DNA of 54,810 bases. Source: a virus (taxonomy: Duplodnaviria > Caudoviricetes). Location of the stretch: IMG/VR virus record IMGVR_UViG_3300045119_000359, positions 1-54,810 of that record; one strand, given 5' to 3'. Both the position numbers and the translations under genes were made by a program. This document shows, in pieces, positions 37,606 through 47,097 of this stretch (its first letter is position 1; each line of letters starts with the position of its first letter). Below the pieces are notes generated by a model, which saw only the letters and a list, made by a program, of their open reading frames with translations, was not told the origin of the DNA and searched no databases.

Positions 37606-38221
37606 GGAAATTCTCGCTTTCTTTGTTGAGCCAGCAGAAGCCCGGGTACATTGATTGCACCTTTTGTGATTCTGTGTCAAGGGTCTCGATTGGAAAATGC
37701 ACCTTTGCCTGTAAAAAGCATTTGCAGACGGCGCAGGTATTTATGGAGGCGTCATGCTTGGAATGCTTGTCCCGGACAACCTCCTGAATGGCCTGCTGGC
37801 AACCGGCGCATCCCTGCACATTGACGTTGAGGTAGCAGCGCGAGCAGATCAGCGCACGCCGGTCGGCTTCCTCCTGTGAGACGTACTTGCATCCACCGGC
37901 GATCCATCGGGCAAAGGTTTTCAGGCCGCCAGCGACATCGTTGTAGGAGAGCGACAGCGTTGGCCTTGGCCGGTTGTCGTCATCGTACCTGCACCAGCCC
38001 GGGGGAAGGCTCTGGCAAAGCTGGTTCTGCATCTGCGCTCCCAGGTCGAGCGGAATTTCCCTGTTGTTGACCTGAAGGTGACGCGCCTGGATGTCCACCC
38101 AGTCAACGTAAGTCCAGGCGTGGGCGATGAAGCCGTCCACCGGATCGACGTATCGGAAACCGTCCGGCGGGCATGGCCCCCACTCGTTAGCGAGACAGAG
38201 CTGCGTATTGCGGGATGACAT
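37544..38221 (-). CDS. Cys-rich phage protein
   Basis: PPDGFRY...RRALICSRC...CAGC...CAVCKC. Confidence 0.75.
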   Translation of the reverse strand: MSSRNTQLCLANEWGPCPPDGFRYVDPVDGFIAHAWTYVDWVDIQARHLQVNNREIPLDLGAQMQNQLCQSLPPGWCRYDDDNRPRPTLSLSYNDVAGGLKTFARWIAGGCKYVSQEEADRRALICSRCYLNVNVQGCAGCQQAIQEVVRDKHSKHDASINTCAVCKCFLQAKVHFPIETLDTESQKVQSMYPGFCWLNKESENFHGGKEELDPRRGQPKAQGIL

Positions 38222-39854
38222 TGCGTTTCTGGAGAAAGCGTTTCCACGGCGTATCCGGGCGCTCCTCGGAATGGGAATACTCGTTAGGCGAAAGATGGCA
38301 TCGGGCCGCGGCCACCTGCGCGGTGACCACATCGGCGTCGGCGATGTCGGGGCTTCTTCGGGTGCGGTCTTTCATTTTCTGCTTGGTTTCCAATGAGATG
38401 ACAGGGCCGCGCATCATCCACCAGCGGCGGCAGAATTCCATGGCGCTCTCAGGGTCGAGTCCCCGGATCTGCTCGTTGAGGAGGATCAGCCGGAAGAAGA
38501 ACCACAGCTCTGTGACGCGGCGGTCATATTCCTGATCCGCTCTCTTAGGGTTGGTATTGGAAACCGGATTGCTACTCGGCCTTCCCCCGAACTCGACACA
38601 GAGGATTTCACGACTCCATTCCCTTTGAAAAATTGAAGCCAGGCCGCCGCCTTCTCCCGTAGAGTCGAGTCCGAAATAATATGGTGTAACGCCTTCATTC
38701 TTGCATGCCTCCTTTACCTGCCTGACAATCTGGTAATGCGCGGGGTCATCCGGCTTCACTTTTGTCTTGATAAAAAGCTTCCGGCCCAGCCTGAGTGTCA
38801 TCTTACCATTGACCTTCCCGCAGTGACCGAGCCTGAGCACGCATCGGTCATCCCCTTCAAAGGCCGGATCGAGACCAGCTACGGGAAACACTTCCTGATC
38901 GAAGGAACAATCCTCAAAGCTGCTGCTTCTCATAATCATGGGCATGGTGAGGACGGTCTTGGTGATTCCTTCGGGTGCCCAGAACCCGCGCCGCATCTGC
39001 CAGAACTGCGGTGAATCGACGCCGTACACCTCGGTCGTGGTATTGATGTCGGCCTGCGTCAGAAGCCCGGGGTAATTCTTGGTCTTGTCGGTGATGTTGG
39101 GAGATTTGAGGCCATCGAGGTGGATGCATGTCCCACGGCGCGTTTCCCATTCCGTGGATTCTACATCCACGGAGTTCCAGCCAGCACGCGGCTCGGACAT
39201 GCGCCCGTGCGGGTCGAGCATGTCGTCGGCGTTGCCCAGGCCGATGAACTGGAAGGATTTGGCCCCTGTTTCAAGGTTTACGCACGCTTCCACGATCGCT
39301 TCAGGCGTGTAAGGCATCTCATCCACGATGACCACCATGTTGGGAGCGTGAAACCCGATGATTTTTCCGATTGCCTTGTCGATTTCCCCTTTGTCAGTAG
39401 CCAGTCCGAAAATACCCGCATCATCATGGCCTTTTCGGTATTGGATACAGTTGCGGGACTGAACCATGTGACCGAAAAGTGGTCGCAGCCGGTGGAAATG
39501 AGATATTTCCTTCCAAACTCGTCGTCGGAGACCGTCCAGTGTAGTGGAGGTGACGATGACAACAGTGTCTTTCGGGCTGGAATAGAACCGGGCAAGGCCA
39601 AAGAGTCCGGCGGAGGTGGTTTTCCAGGAGGCGGCAGGGCCGGTGACCGTGCACCAGGGATTTTCAGCGAATGTGCGCTGCATCCACTCGCTCCAGTCGT
39701 TCCAGATGTAGGTTCCTGGGTGATATTTGTTCCAGGTGAGATCAATGGCGTTGCGCAGATGCTGATATTTGCCAAGTCCAAGAGGCGGATCATTGGCAAA
39801 GCACCAAAACTCAATCGCTTTCTGGTCGCTGGTTGGAAAGTTCAGGCCGTACAT
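38187..39854 (-). CDS. terL: Terminase large subunit
   Basis: Walker A GPAASWKTT, Walker B VIVDEM, GLGN, nuclease GLDPAF, DSTGEGG, RSPDIADA. Confidence 0.92.
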   Translation of the reverse strand: MYGLNFPTSDQKAIEFWCFANDPPLGLGKYQHLRNAIDLTWNKYHPGTYIWNDWSEWMQRTFAENPWCTVTGPAASWKTTSAGLFGLARFYSSPKDTVVIVTSTTLDGLRRRVWKEISHFHRLRPLFGHMVQSRNCIQYRKGHDDAGIFGLATDKGEIDKAIGKIIGFHAPNMVVIVDEMPYTPEAIVEACVNLETGAKSFQFIGLGNADDMLDPHGRMSEPRAGWNSVDVESTEWETRRGTCIHLDGLKSPNITDKTKNYPGLLTQADINTTTEVYGVDSPQFWQMRRGFWAPEGITKTVLTMPMIMRSSSFEDCSFDQEVFPVAGLDPAFEGDDRCVLRLGHCGKVNGKMTLRLGRKLFIKTKVKPDDPAHYQIVRQVKEACKNEGVTPYYFGLDSTGEGGGLASIFQREWSREILCVEFGGRPSSNPVSNTNPKRADQEYDRRVTELWFFFRLILLNEQIRGLDPESAMEFCRRWWMMRGPVISLETKQKMKDRTRRSPDIADADVVTAQVAAARCHLSPNEYSHSEERPDTPWKRFLQKRNVIPQYAALSR

Positions 39855-40332
39855 CTTCGATTACTCGTCCTTCCACCGCCCGGGCTTCCACTTCGGCGGG
39901 GTTAATGGTCGGTTTCGCGCTTCCCAGCAGGATTGCGCCCTCAATCAGTCCCTCGCCGCCCTCCTCCGCCGGAAATAGCACCTGGTGGACACCAGCGACG
40001 TCGCGCACTTTGCGGGCTACCTCCAGCGGATCTCTGTGCTCGGCAGCTTTCTTGGCTGCTTTATCGACGTACTTGGCCAGGTTCAGAGTGGAAGCGTTCT
40101 TGTGTTTCTCCAAAGCTTCCGCCAACAGGTCAGCAGCGTCCTTGCCGGTAACGCCATCGTGCCGCCGCGGCTCCTTCTTGAATGTCGCTTTCTTCCATTT
40201 GTAGCGGAACGCATACGCGGAGATCGTACCGTAAGGAACGCCGGACACCCGGGATGCCTCCCGCGTCCCGTAAACGGTAACCAGCGCCTTCAATGCACCA
40301 AGTTCCGCGTCAGGTCGCTTCGGTAACGCCAT
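39811..40332 (-). CDS. Putative terminase small subunit
   Basis: HTH-like TREASRVSGVPYGTISAYAFRYKW, directly upstream of terL. Confidence 0.7.
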   Translation of the reverse strand: MALPKRPDAELGALKALVTVYGTREASRVSGVPYGTISAYAFRYKWKKATFKKEPRRHDGVTGKDAADLLAEALEKHKNASTLNLAKYVDKAAKKAAEHRDPLEVARKVRDVAGVHQVLFPAEEGGEGLIEGAILLGSAKPTINPAEVEARAVEGRVIEDVRPELSNQRPESD

Positions 40333-40377
40333 TGTGTCCTTGGGATGATGTTTACCTCCAGGGGTTCTTCCCTGCAA

Positions 40378-40750
40378 GAAGAATCTCTCCCCCGGGCTTC
40401 TTAATAGGAAATAATAACCCCGGGGTTCCTAGTAATTGATAATTTTTCCAGTACTGGATCGGCCTTTCACCAGTAAGAGAATCTCCAGGTAACTAGCCCC
40501 CCCGAACCCCCGGCATTCGCAGTAAATTATTCTGTGGCATAGCCGGTAACCCGCTGCCACCCTTCAGGTTAGACATCAAGGCATGCTTTAGGATCTCCTG
40601 TAAGTCACGCTTACCCCGGGGTAACTCCTTTACTTATGCTGTCTCCCGCTCTCTGGTCGGCTTGACTGGTTTGGATGCTGACTGAATGCGTACACAGCGA
40701 AGCCGCACCATTACTGATGCGGCTTGCTTATGACCTTACTGCTCTTGTGA
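40378..40750. other. Non-coding region with CCCCGGGG palindromes; candidate late promoter/packaging region
   Basis: AACCCCGGGGTT 40416-40427, TTACCCCGGGGTAA 40611-40624, AT-rich patches, hairpin AAGCCGCA/TGCGGCTT near 40700-40725. Confidence 0.45.
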
Positions 40751-42187
40751 TTATTCGGCCATGACTTTCTTCATCCGGCGTGCTGCTCTTGCTGCTCGTA
40801 CGGCAATGATGCGCTTCTCTCTTTCCTTCCTTCGCTCGGCGTCTGCCAAGTTCTTTTTCCCGCCGAATGCTTCATAAGCCGCATCGAGTGAACGGTAAAC
40901 CGTCAGTTCTCCGCGACGTTCGGCACGTTCAACGAGCGCATGCGCAATGGTCTCGCTTCCCAATATCCCGCAGCAAAACTCCAAGTCACTGACGAGAGTC
41001 CACGGCTTGCTTTGTTGCATCATCCATCGAATAGCCGGAAGATCAACGGAGTTCCCGCCGTGAAGCGTCTTTTGTGGCAACTCTCCCGCGTACCGCTTGC
41101 CTTGGTGCGCGTAAATGGACAAGTCACCTTTTGCCGTGTCATATCCCGAATAGTAACCCACGGTTGCGGTCGGGACTAAGGCACAAAGCTCGCTCAGGTT
41201 GTCTCGGTTTGCGCCCATTGAACCGCTCGCGTCGATCAACACCGTTCCACCGGGTTTTTGTCTCACTCGGCGCGAGAAAAGCCCGTTGGCATCTCCACTG
41301 ACTACCGCAGAAACGTAGCGTGTCGGGTTAATGATTACACCGTTGGGCGCGTTGCGTCGGCTGATGGTCTTTTCCTTGGCGCAAAAGACAGACTTTGGCC
41401 GGAGGTCGTGAATGTCCATTTTACCGTCGAATGCGTCACCGTGTTCCGGTGGCATCAGTATTTCGCCGCCTTCCTCGGTTTCGATTTCCTCACCTTGTTC
41501 CGGTTCGGGTTGCTCCATCAGGGCAACGAGCATCGAAATCGCTCTGGCGCGTTTACTGCGAAGCTTCGCCATTTTAACGACTTGGGCGACTCCCGAAAAC
41601 ATGTTGTCACCGATCGCCTTCCGTACCTTGTGGTAACCTTTCGTCCGTGCCTTAATCTCGGAAGCGTTCCCCTGCCCGTAATGATGCAACATCGCCACGG
41701 TTCGCACCGCGTTTAAGAGGTTGCCGTTGCGAAGCTGTGCCGTGTCGTCTTTCGGGTGGCGCGTGATGTGCCGCTTGTTCTTCAACAGGACTCGGACTCC
41801 ATCCATGGCCGTCTTTAGGTGCGCTCGGCGGTACGGCCGAATTGAGGCAACGTCAGGAAGCGGCGAAGTTTCAATGTTTACATCGTCCACGATCTGTCCG
41901 GCGATTGCCTCGTTTTCGGTTTTGGGTTTCTTCCGGCGCGGAGTGTGCCGTGTGGCGTGCCGTGTCTCATGGCCGCGCACGGTGATTCCATACGCATCAT
42001 CCGAAGCGGGTGCGCCGATCTTAACAACATTCCCGCCTCCTGTCTCTCTCTCGTACTCGGTGAAGCCGCCAATTTGCATTGCGTCGGTTCGCTCCTTCAG
42101 TACGATTTGCGCCTTTCGTAACTTTCCGTCCGGTACGCTGGCGCGTATTGCATCGCGCACCGTTCGTTTACTCGGTTTTGCTTTCAA
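40751..42187 (-). CDS. vWA-domain protein with N-terminal HExxH
   Basis: HETRH; MIDAS motif VLIDASGSM; GGNSVD, LVSD. Confidence 0.8.
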   Translation of the reverse strand: MKAKPSKRTVRDAIRASVPDGKLRKAQIVLKERTDAMQIGGFTEYERETGGGNVVKIGAPASDDAYGITVRGHETRHATRHTPRRKKPKTENEAIAGQIVDDVNIETSPLPDVASIRPYRRAHLKTAMDGVRVLLKNKRHITRHPKDDTAQLRNGNLLNAVRTVAMLHHYGQGNASEIKARTKGYHKVRKAIGDNMFSGVAQVVKMAKLRSKRARAISMLVALMEQPEPEQGEEIETEEGGEILMPPEHGDAFDGKMDIHDLRPKSVFCAKEKTISRRNAPNGVIINPTRYVSAVVSGDANGLFSRRVRQKPGGTVLIDASGSMGANRDNLSELCALVPTATVGYYSGYDTAKGDLSIYAHQGKRYAGELPQKTLHGGNSVDLPAIRWMMQQSKPWTLVSDLEFCCGILGSETIAHALVERAERRGELTVYRSLDAAYEAFGGKKNLADAERRKEREKRIIAVRAARAARRMKKVMAE

Positions 42188-42188
42188 T

Positions 42189-42458
42189 TTAGCCGCCTTT
42201 CCTTGTTAGACCGTCAACGAATCGGAAAAAGTCCTCAACGTTGGACAGGTCAATTTCGGGTTTCGTGTCCTGTGGCATGCTGGCGCAACTGATCGAAAAC
42301 GCCTTGTCCGGCATGTAATCCCAGTACCATTGGACGTTCAGACAAATAACGCAGGTGTGCGCCTTCGTGTTGTTAATGCATGAATCCTCATGCTCCCAAA
42401 CAAAGCCGCAAAAGTCGCATTTGTGCTTGTGTGTTCCGGTGTTGTGTTCGTGTTCCAT
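42189..42458 (-). CDS. Small Cys/His-rich protein
   Basis: HKHKCDFCGFVWEH...HTCVIC. Confidence 0.65.
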   Translation of the reverse strand: MEHEHNTGTHKHKCDFCGFVWEHEDSCINNTKAHTCVICLNVQWYWDYMPDKAFSISCASMPQDTKPEIDLSNVEDFFRFVDGLTRKGG

Positions 42459-42460
42459 GA

Positions 42461-43210
42461 TTAGTCAGCCTTCAGAGCGTTCCGTTGAGCGTCCACCATT
42501 GCCATAAGGACGGTTTTGCCTTGTCCCTCACCGAATACCAGTTCGGCGGCCAGTTCGTCGCTCAAGCCCTGCTTTCGCAGATGCTCAAAGGATAACATCC
42601 GGCGCGGCGTGATGGTCGGTGTCCAGTTGTACTCGTCCGGCTCGTTCTGCACCTTGTTTAAGATGAAAGCCGCGCTTTCGGGCGATAGCCGCCGGATAAT
42701 TCCGTCGTGCGGTGTGTCGCATCGCAGAACGATGTCGAACCTATCAAGTACCGCCTCGGCCAGTTGATCGGGTGAACCGTTCATGGTCGCAATTACGCGG
42801 TAGCCTTTGGCGGGTTTGATCGCCTCGCCATTGTCCAAGTTTAGGACGCATACCGCCTCGTCGTCGAGTACGGCTTGCAAGGTCGAATCAAGTTCGCCTC
42901 CGGCTTTGTGGATTTCGTCCGTCACCAGTGGAACGCCTTTGATTGCTGCCCTTGCAGCCGGAGCGTTCGCCCAGAACGTCGAACCGTCACGGAGTAGAAA
43001 CTTGCCGTAAAGGGCATCCGGAAACATGCCCTGTGTTAAGGTGATGCGCTCGCTTTCCGGTGAGAGTGAGAGCGCGTAAGTAGTTTTGCCGCTTCCGGGT
43101 TTGCCATAGAGCAACTGTCGGCGCGGCGGGTTCGGGAGAGCATTCACGATGGAAAGCACCCTCGGCCAATCCTGAATTGAAACTTTCTCAGTTCCGATGG
43201 TTTTTGTCAT
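42461..43210 (-). CDS. MoxR/CbbQ-like AAA+ ATPase
   Basis: LLYGKPGSGKTT, VTDEIHK, VIATMN, AVLDRF, ITPR. Confidence 0.88.
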   Translation of the reverse strand: MTKTIGTEKVSIQDWPRVLSIVNALPNPPRRQLLYGKPGSGKTTYALSLSPESERITLTQGMFPDALYGKFLLRDGSTFWANAPAARAAIKGVPLVTDEIHKAGGELDSTLQAVLDDEAVCVLNLDNGEAIKPAKGYRVIATMNGSPDQLAEAVLDRFDIVLRCDTPHDGIIRRLSPESAAFILNKVQNEPDEYNWTPTITPRRMLSFEHLRKQGLSDELAAELVFGEGQGKTVLMAMVDAQRNALKAD

Positions 43211-43227
43211 ATAGAGTTAGAACACTG

Positions 43228-43240
43228 CGAAGCCGTTCCG
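43228..43240. promoter_or_regulatory. Operator-like 13-mer upstream of the AAA+ gene
   Basis: CGAAGCCGTTCCG, a degenerate copy of the early palindrome. Confidence 0.4.
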
Positions 43241-43376
43241 TTCAATCAAAAGGTGAAGAAAGTTTAGCCGGTGGCATCATATCTAAGACTCCCCCCTATA
43301 GTCCCCCCAAAGCAACGGTTTTTTCGGGCTTTCGGGACGGGTTGGCATGCTTTACGCTCTTATGACAAGGTGACAC

Positions 43377-43598
43377 ATGACAACAAGACGCAAGAGCGAC
43401 AAAGCGATACGCGACTACATGGCGCGGCTCGGATCGCAGAAAAAGCGCATGTCTCCGGCTGCCATCGAGCAACGACGCGCCGCCGGGGCTAGGAGCGGTG
43501 CCGCCCGCCGCGCCGCCGCGACGACGCGCCCCCCCAGCCCGCCCGCGACCCGGACTAGCACAACTCGACCTTTGGAAGATCACGCCCATGAAGCCTGA
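43377..43598 (+). CDS. Small basic protein, candidate DNA-binding regulator
   Basis: IRDYMARLGS...QRRAAGARSG. Confidence 0.6.
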   Translation: MTTRRKSDKAIRDYMARLGSQKKRMSPAAIEQRRAAGARSGAARRAAATTRPPSPPATRTSTTRPLEDHAHEA

Positions 43599-43633
43599 CG
43601 GCACAGCACAACTTGACTTTTTTCCATGATCTA

Positions 43634-43652
43634 CGAAGCTACTTGGTATTAT
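43634..43652 (+). promoter_or_regulatory. Operator copy abutting a -10-like box
   Basis: CGAAGCTACTTGG followed by TATTAT. Confidence 0.55.
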
Positions 43653-43812
43653 GACAACAACATCGACAGCAATCAAGGACTTTCTAAGGAAAGCCGGTAG
43701 CAAAGGCGGGAAGAAATCCGCCCAACATCCAGAGAGAAAACGGCTCAATCGTGAAGCGGCAATTTCACGGTGGCGAGGCCACATGCCAGCACCAAAAGAA
43801 ATCCCGAAATAG
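43651..43812 (+). CDS. Small basic KGG-motif protein (53 aa), candidate regulator
   Basis: FLRKAGSKGGKKSA...REAAISRW; not in the ORF track. Confidence 0.7.
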   Translation: MTTTSTAIKDFLRKAGSKGGKKSAQHPERKRLNREAAISRWRGHMPAPKEIPK

Positions 43813-43816
43813 TTAC

Positions 43817-43844
43817 TTGCCAAGCTGCTTGGAATGGCTATAAT
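43817..43844 (+). promoter_or_regulatory. Sigma70-like promoter overlapped by operator
   Basis: TTGCCA-16-TATAAT with CCAAGCTGCTTGG at 43820-43832. Confidence 0.75.
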
Positions 43845-43853
43845 AGCAGCAAG

Positions 43854-44078
43854 ATGAAACACCGAAACTCAATAAGAATCAGACTTCCCCCCTCAACCTC
43901 CTACGAGGAACGATGCGCGGCCAGAGAGCGAGCCAAGTACCGAATCGTGGAAGAAATCGACGGGAAGTTTAACGTCTTTCTCAGCAACACCGACCCTGAC
44001 GACCTTGTGTTTGGCAGGGCATTCCCACTGGCGACATTCAACACTCACGACGAGGCAGTCGCGTTTACCACAACATGA
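43854..44078 (+). CDS. Hypothetical early protein
   Basis: ATG just downstream of the promoter. Confidence 0.6.
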   Translation: MKHRNSIRIRLPPSTSYEERCAARERAKYRIVEEIDGKFNVFLSNTDPDDLVFGRAFPLATFNTHDEAVAFTTT

Positions 44079-44216
44079 AACGACCACCCGTTGAGTCCAT
44101 CGCAGACTTCAAGCACCGCATCGCGCTAATCATGCGCAACAGGGAAGGTGGCAAGGTGTACTCCATCATTGGAGCAGCGCGGCCAGACCCCTGCGTCATT
44201 CGACCGAAACAATCTC

Positions 44217-44245
44217 TTGACAAATGCCAAGCAGCATGGCATAAT
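44217..44245 (+). promoter_or_regulatory. Sigma70-like promoter with operator in spacer
   Basis: TTGACA-17-CATAAT with CCAAGCAGCATGG at 44227-44239. Confidence 0.8.
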
Positions 44246-44250
44246 GAAGC

Positions 44251-44511
44251 ATGACCAAGAAACACTTTATCGAACTGGCCGATACCATACGGTACCAGAA
44301 CGAGCGCAGAAGGAAGGCCAGTCTGCCGCTGATGTTCGACATTGCGACTATTGAGGCACTGGCTGATTTCTGCCAGTCTCAGAACCCGCATTTCAACCGC
44401 TCCCGCTGGCTCGGCTACATCGCCGGAACAAACGGCAGTAACGGGGGAGCAATCAAGCCAAGCACCACCAGCACAACCAAAGATTTGGACGAGATCATCG
44501 AACAAACATGA
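44251..44511 (+). CDS. Hypothetical early protein
   Basis: MTKKHFIELADTIR...LADFCQSQNPHFNRSRWL, a typical small phage protein. Confidence 0.75.
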   Translation: MTKKHFIELADTIRYQNERRRKASLPLMFDIATIEALADFCQSQNPHFNRSRWLGYIAGTNGSNGGAIKPSTTSTTKDLDEIIEQT

Positions 44512-45152
44512 ACACACTAACACCTAACAGGATTTTACAGCAAGGCGACGAGTACCGAGACAACGGGAAATGGAAACTAATTCCCAATCGGGACTTTGGA
44601 TTGCAGATTCAATTCACCGACTACAAAGAGGTACGACGACCGAACGAAACTTTACGGGAGACGCCAGATACGGCCAAAGATGCGCCGACTGAAGCACCCA
44701 AGCGGGTAGCGTCTCCCACCCCAATCTCGCCGGACAGGTCACAATCCCCTGCGAAGGCAGAGAGTGACAAATCTCCCGTAGCTAGTCACTCGGCTACGGG
44801 AGACGCCTCTTACCTTCCCACAGTGGTAAGCAAAAAGGCGCACGGCAGCGTAAAGGTCGTTGACCCCACTGATAACAGAGGCACAAAAGACATGCCAGTG
44901 ATTATCACGAAGATTTACCACCCACAGGCTGATGTTACATGGCATTCGTCCGAGCCGCCCACCCGGTGGATTGGGCGCAATGGCACGTTCAGCAGTGTTG
45001 GACTGAAGCTTATCAGGAATAAGTCCGGCACGATCACCATCAAACCAGTGGGCAAGCGGGGATTGGCCAAGAACGCGGAGATTGAGTTTCCGATCAATGC
45101 CATCCCGCAGATCATTCACTTTCTAACAGACAACAAAACACCGACAACATGA
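44508..45152 (+). CDS. Hypothetical protein with hairpin-encoded linker
   Basis: ATGA-coupled on both sides. Confidence 0.7.
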   Translation: MNTLTPNRILQQGDEYRDNGKWKLIPNRDFGLQIQFTDYKEVRRPNETLRETPDTAKDAPTEAPKRVASPTPISPDRSQSPAKAESDKSPVASHSATGDASYLPTVVSKKAHGSVKVVDPTDNRGTKDMPVIITKIYHPQADVTWHSSEPPTRWIGRNGTFSSVGLKLIRNKSGTITIKPVGKRGLAKNAEIEFPINAIPQIIHFLTDNKTPTT

Positions 45153-45475
45153 CAATGAACGCAAAACGAATTGCAGTACAACCCGACCACGACGAGGAAT
45201 GCGAAGCAGCACTCCACGCAGAGCTAAGATCGCTCCGCGCCCACAAGCTGCGGCTCGACCGCGAGCTGCCGCTGATGCGCAAAGAGAATCAACGGCTGAC
45301 AGGATTCCTACAGGATGCTGCGGCCTACGTTCGCGTCATGGATGGCACAGAGGATAACCAGACCCTGGCGACCCTGGTGCACGACATCAACGGACTGGCC
45401 AATGACGAACCCTGCTTTCTGCCCCGGGTCAGCGGTTACGCGAAAGCAGAAGCACAACAACAACTCAAACGATGA
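45149..45475 (+). CDS. Hypothetical protein
   Basis: Coupled ORF. Confidence 0.65.
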   Translation: MTMNAKRIAVQPDHDEECEAALHAELRSLRAHKLRLDRELPLMRKENQRLTGFLQDAAAYVRVMDGTEDNQTLATLVHDINGLANDEPCFLPRVSGYAKAEAQQQLKR

Positions 45476-45780
45476 AGACAAACGAATTTCAGGATTTACC
45501 CCGGAGTTATTGGGAGACACTCGATACTCTGGTGGATGGCGGCTGGGAACCACTCATTAACTGGCTCAAAGCCGAGGGAAGATGGCATGTCAATCTCAGC
45601 CACCACACCGCACCCGTTCCAGTGGTGTACGTTGACTTGGATTCCGGCACTCAGCACTACAATCCGCACCGCTACCGTAAGCACGGCTACGGAGCAACAC
45701 TGGCCGAAGCACTGGACGAGGCATTCAAACAAGTCCTGCACCTGATTGAACCCGCACCGCCGCAAACACCAACGATATGA
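45472..45780 (+). CDS. Hypothetical protein
   Basis: Coupled ORF. Confidence 0.65.
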   Translation: MKTNEFQDLPRSYWETLDTLVDGGWEPLINWLKAEGRWHVNLSHHTAPVPVVYVDLDSGTQHYNPHRYRKHGYGATLAEALDEAFKQVLHLIEPAPPQTPTI

Positions 45781-46037
45781 ACATCGACAAAGTAGAGCAA
45801 TTCGTCGCCGCAGGACAGCGAGCGCAGAACGCCGCAGATGAAATCATCAAGCGGCACTCCCGCGTCATTAACCGGGAATACGTCAAGCGGTGGGCATTGG
45901 ACTACGCTCGCACCAAACGCTCTCACCCTTTCAGCCGCGTCTCGGAGCAGTTTCTGAATATGATCGAATGCGACACCAAAGCTGCCATCCGTAGCAGGAT
46001 TGACCGGCATCCCTCCAAGGGAAAAACTTTAATGTAA
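45777..46037 (+). CDS. Hypothetical protein
   Basis: Coupled ORF ending HPSKGKTLM. Confidence 0.65.
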   Translation: MNIDKVEQFVAAGQRAQNAADEIIKRHSRVINREYVKRWALDYARTKRSHPFSRVSEQFLNMIECDTKAAIRSRIDRHPSKGKTLM

Positions 46038-46043
46038 CCCCCC

Positions 46044-46072
46044 TTGACAAATACGAAGCAGGTTGGTAATTT
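46044..46072 (+). promoter_or_regulatory. Sigma70-like promoter with operator in spacer
   Basis: TTGACA-17-TAATTT with CGAAGCAGGTTGG at 46054-46066. Confidence 0.7.
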
Positions 46073-46088
46073 GCACAACTTCAAACCT

Positions 46089-46622
46089 ATGGATAGTAAC
46101 ACCGATACAGATCACACAGAGCAGCTAACCACTTTGGAGAACATCGCAATCTCAGAGAAATTGCCGATGCCTCTTAACCCGTCAGAAATGCCATGTCCGA
46201 AATGCGGCAAGGTATTTGGGAGCAAGAACGCGCTCCATATGCACGACATGAGAGTCCACTCCAAGAAACTTGGGGATGGATTCCGATGGAAGGGCAAGGG
46301 CGTAGCCGTTCCGGTACTAACCCGCGAACAACGACTGGCGAATCGGAGAGCATACAACCGCAAATGGCGCATGGAGCGCGGCATGAAGCCACGACCATCG
46401 TCCTACAGGGGCGGCAACAAGGGCATGAAGCTTTCCAAGTGGACGCCCGAAAGACGCCGGAAATTCATCGCCACCATGAAGGCGAAGAACCAGAGCAACA
46501 AGCCTATCGAGCTGAAGCCGAAGGCAGTTACCCCGGTGCTGCAATCGGTCAACTTCTGTCCACGCTGCGGCTGCAACGTCGAAGTGGTGCGCAAAGCAAT
46601 CGAGTTTGCCGATCGAGTATGA
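46089..46622 (+). CDS. C2H2 zinc-finger basic DNA-binding protein
   Basis: CPKCGKVFGSKNALHMHDMRVH; C-terminal FCPRCG. Confidence 0.75.
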   Translation: MDSNTDTDHTEQLTTLENIAISEKLPMPLNPSEMPCPKCGKVFGSKNALHMHDMRVHSKKLGDGFRWKGKGVAVPVLTREQRLANRRAYNRKWRMERGMKPRPSSYRGGNKGMKLSKWTPERRRKFIATMKAKNQSNKPIELKPKAVTPVLQSVNFCPRCGCNVEVVRKAIEFADRV

Positions 46623-46903
46623 AACAGACATTCATGGCCGCGAGAGGCAAGCCGCGTCGGGTGGATTTCGGACTTCACAAGCAGGACTTTGAGGCCGCGC
46701 TGTTGGGGTCACTTGGACAATCCACACTCTCCATTGCAGTAAGCACTCAACTCTCAAGAGGGCAGGTCACCTACAGGCTTCGCAAGGCCGGAGTACGCCT
46801 TGGCGACTACCGCAGTGGCCAAAGCACCATTGCCAGACTGGTGATGCGCAACATGCGTCCAGTTTTGGAACGGGAGCTGCACGATCACTTGAGGAAACTC
46901 TGA
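46619..46903 (+). CDS. Small HTH-like protein
   Basis: STLSIAVSTQLSRGQVTYRLRK. Confidence 0.6.
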   Translation: MKQTFMAARGKPRRVDFGLHKQDFEAALLGSLGQSTLSIAVSTQLSRGQVTYRLRKAGVRLGDYRSGQSTIARLVMRNMRPVLERELHDHLRKL

Positions 46904-47097
46904 TGTTCAACAACCTGACCAAACGAGAATTGACGGCAGTCCGTAGCTCGGTGCGCAACTCCATCGAGTTATACAAGGGCTACGTCAAGCTGCGTCCCGA
47001 ATCGCCAGTCATGGCACGAAAACAGGGACAGAAGCGTCAACGTCTGATCGACCTGACGTCTGCCCTTGAGAAACTCAGCGACAAACATTTTTTATGA
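46903..47097 (+). CDS. Hypothetical protein
   Basis: TGATG-coupled. Confidence 0.55.
   Translation: MFNNLTKRELTAVRSSVRNSIELYKGYVKLRPESPVMARKQGQKRQRLIDLTSALEKLSDKHFL

Noticed and set aside
5388-40326. Numerous long plus-strand ORFs opposite the structural genes
   Set aside because: These are antisense shadows typical of high-GC coding DNA, with no motifs or RBS. Only 31701-31889 is retained.
44680-44720. Hammerhead ribozyme (CTGAAG followed by a hairpin)
   Set aside because: The required CUGANGA and GAAA core is absent.
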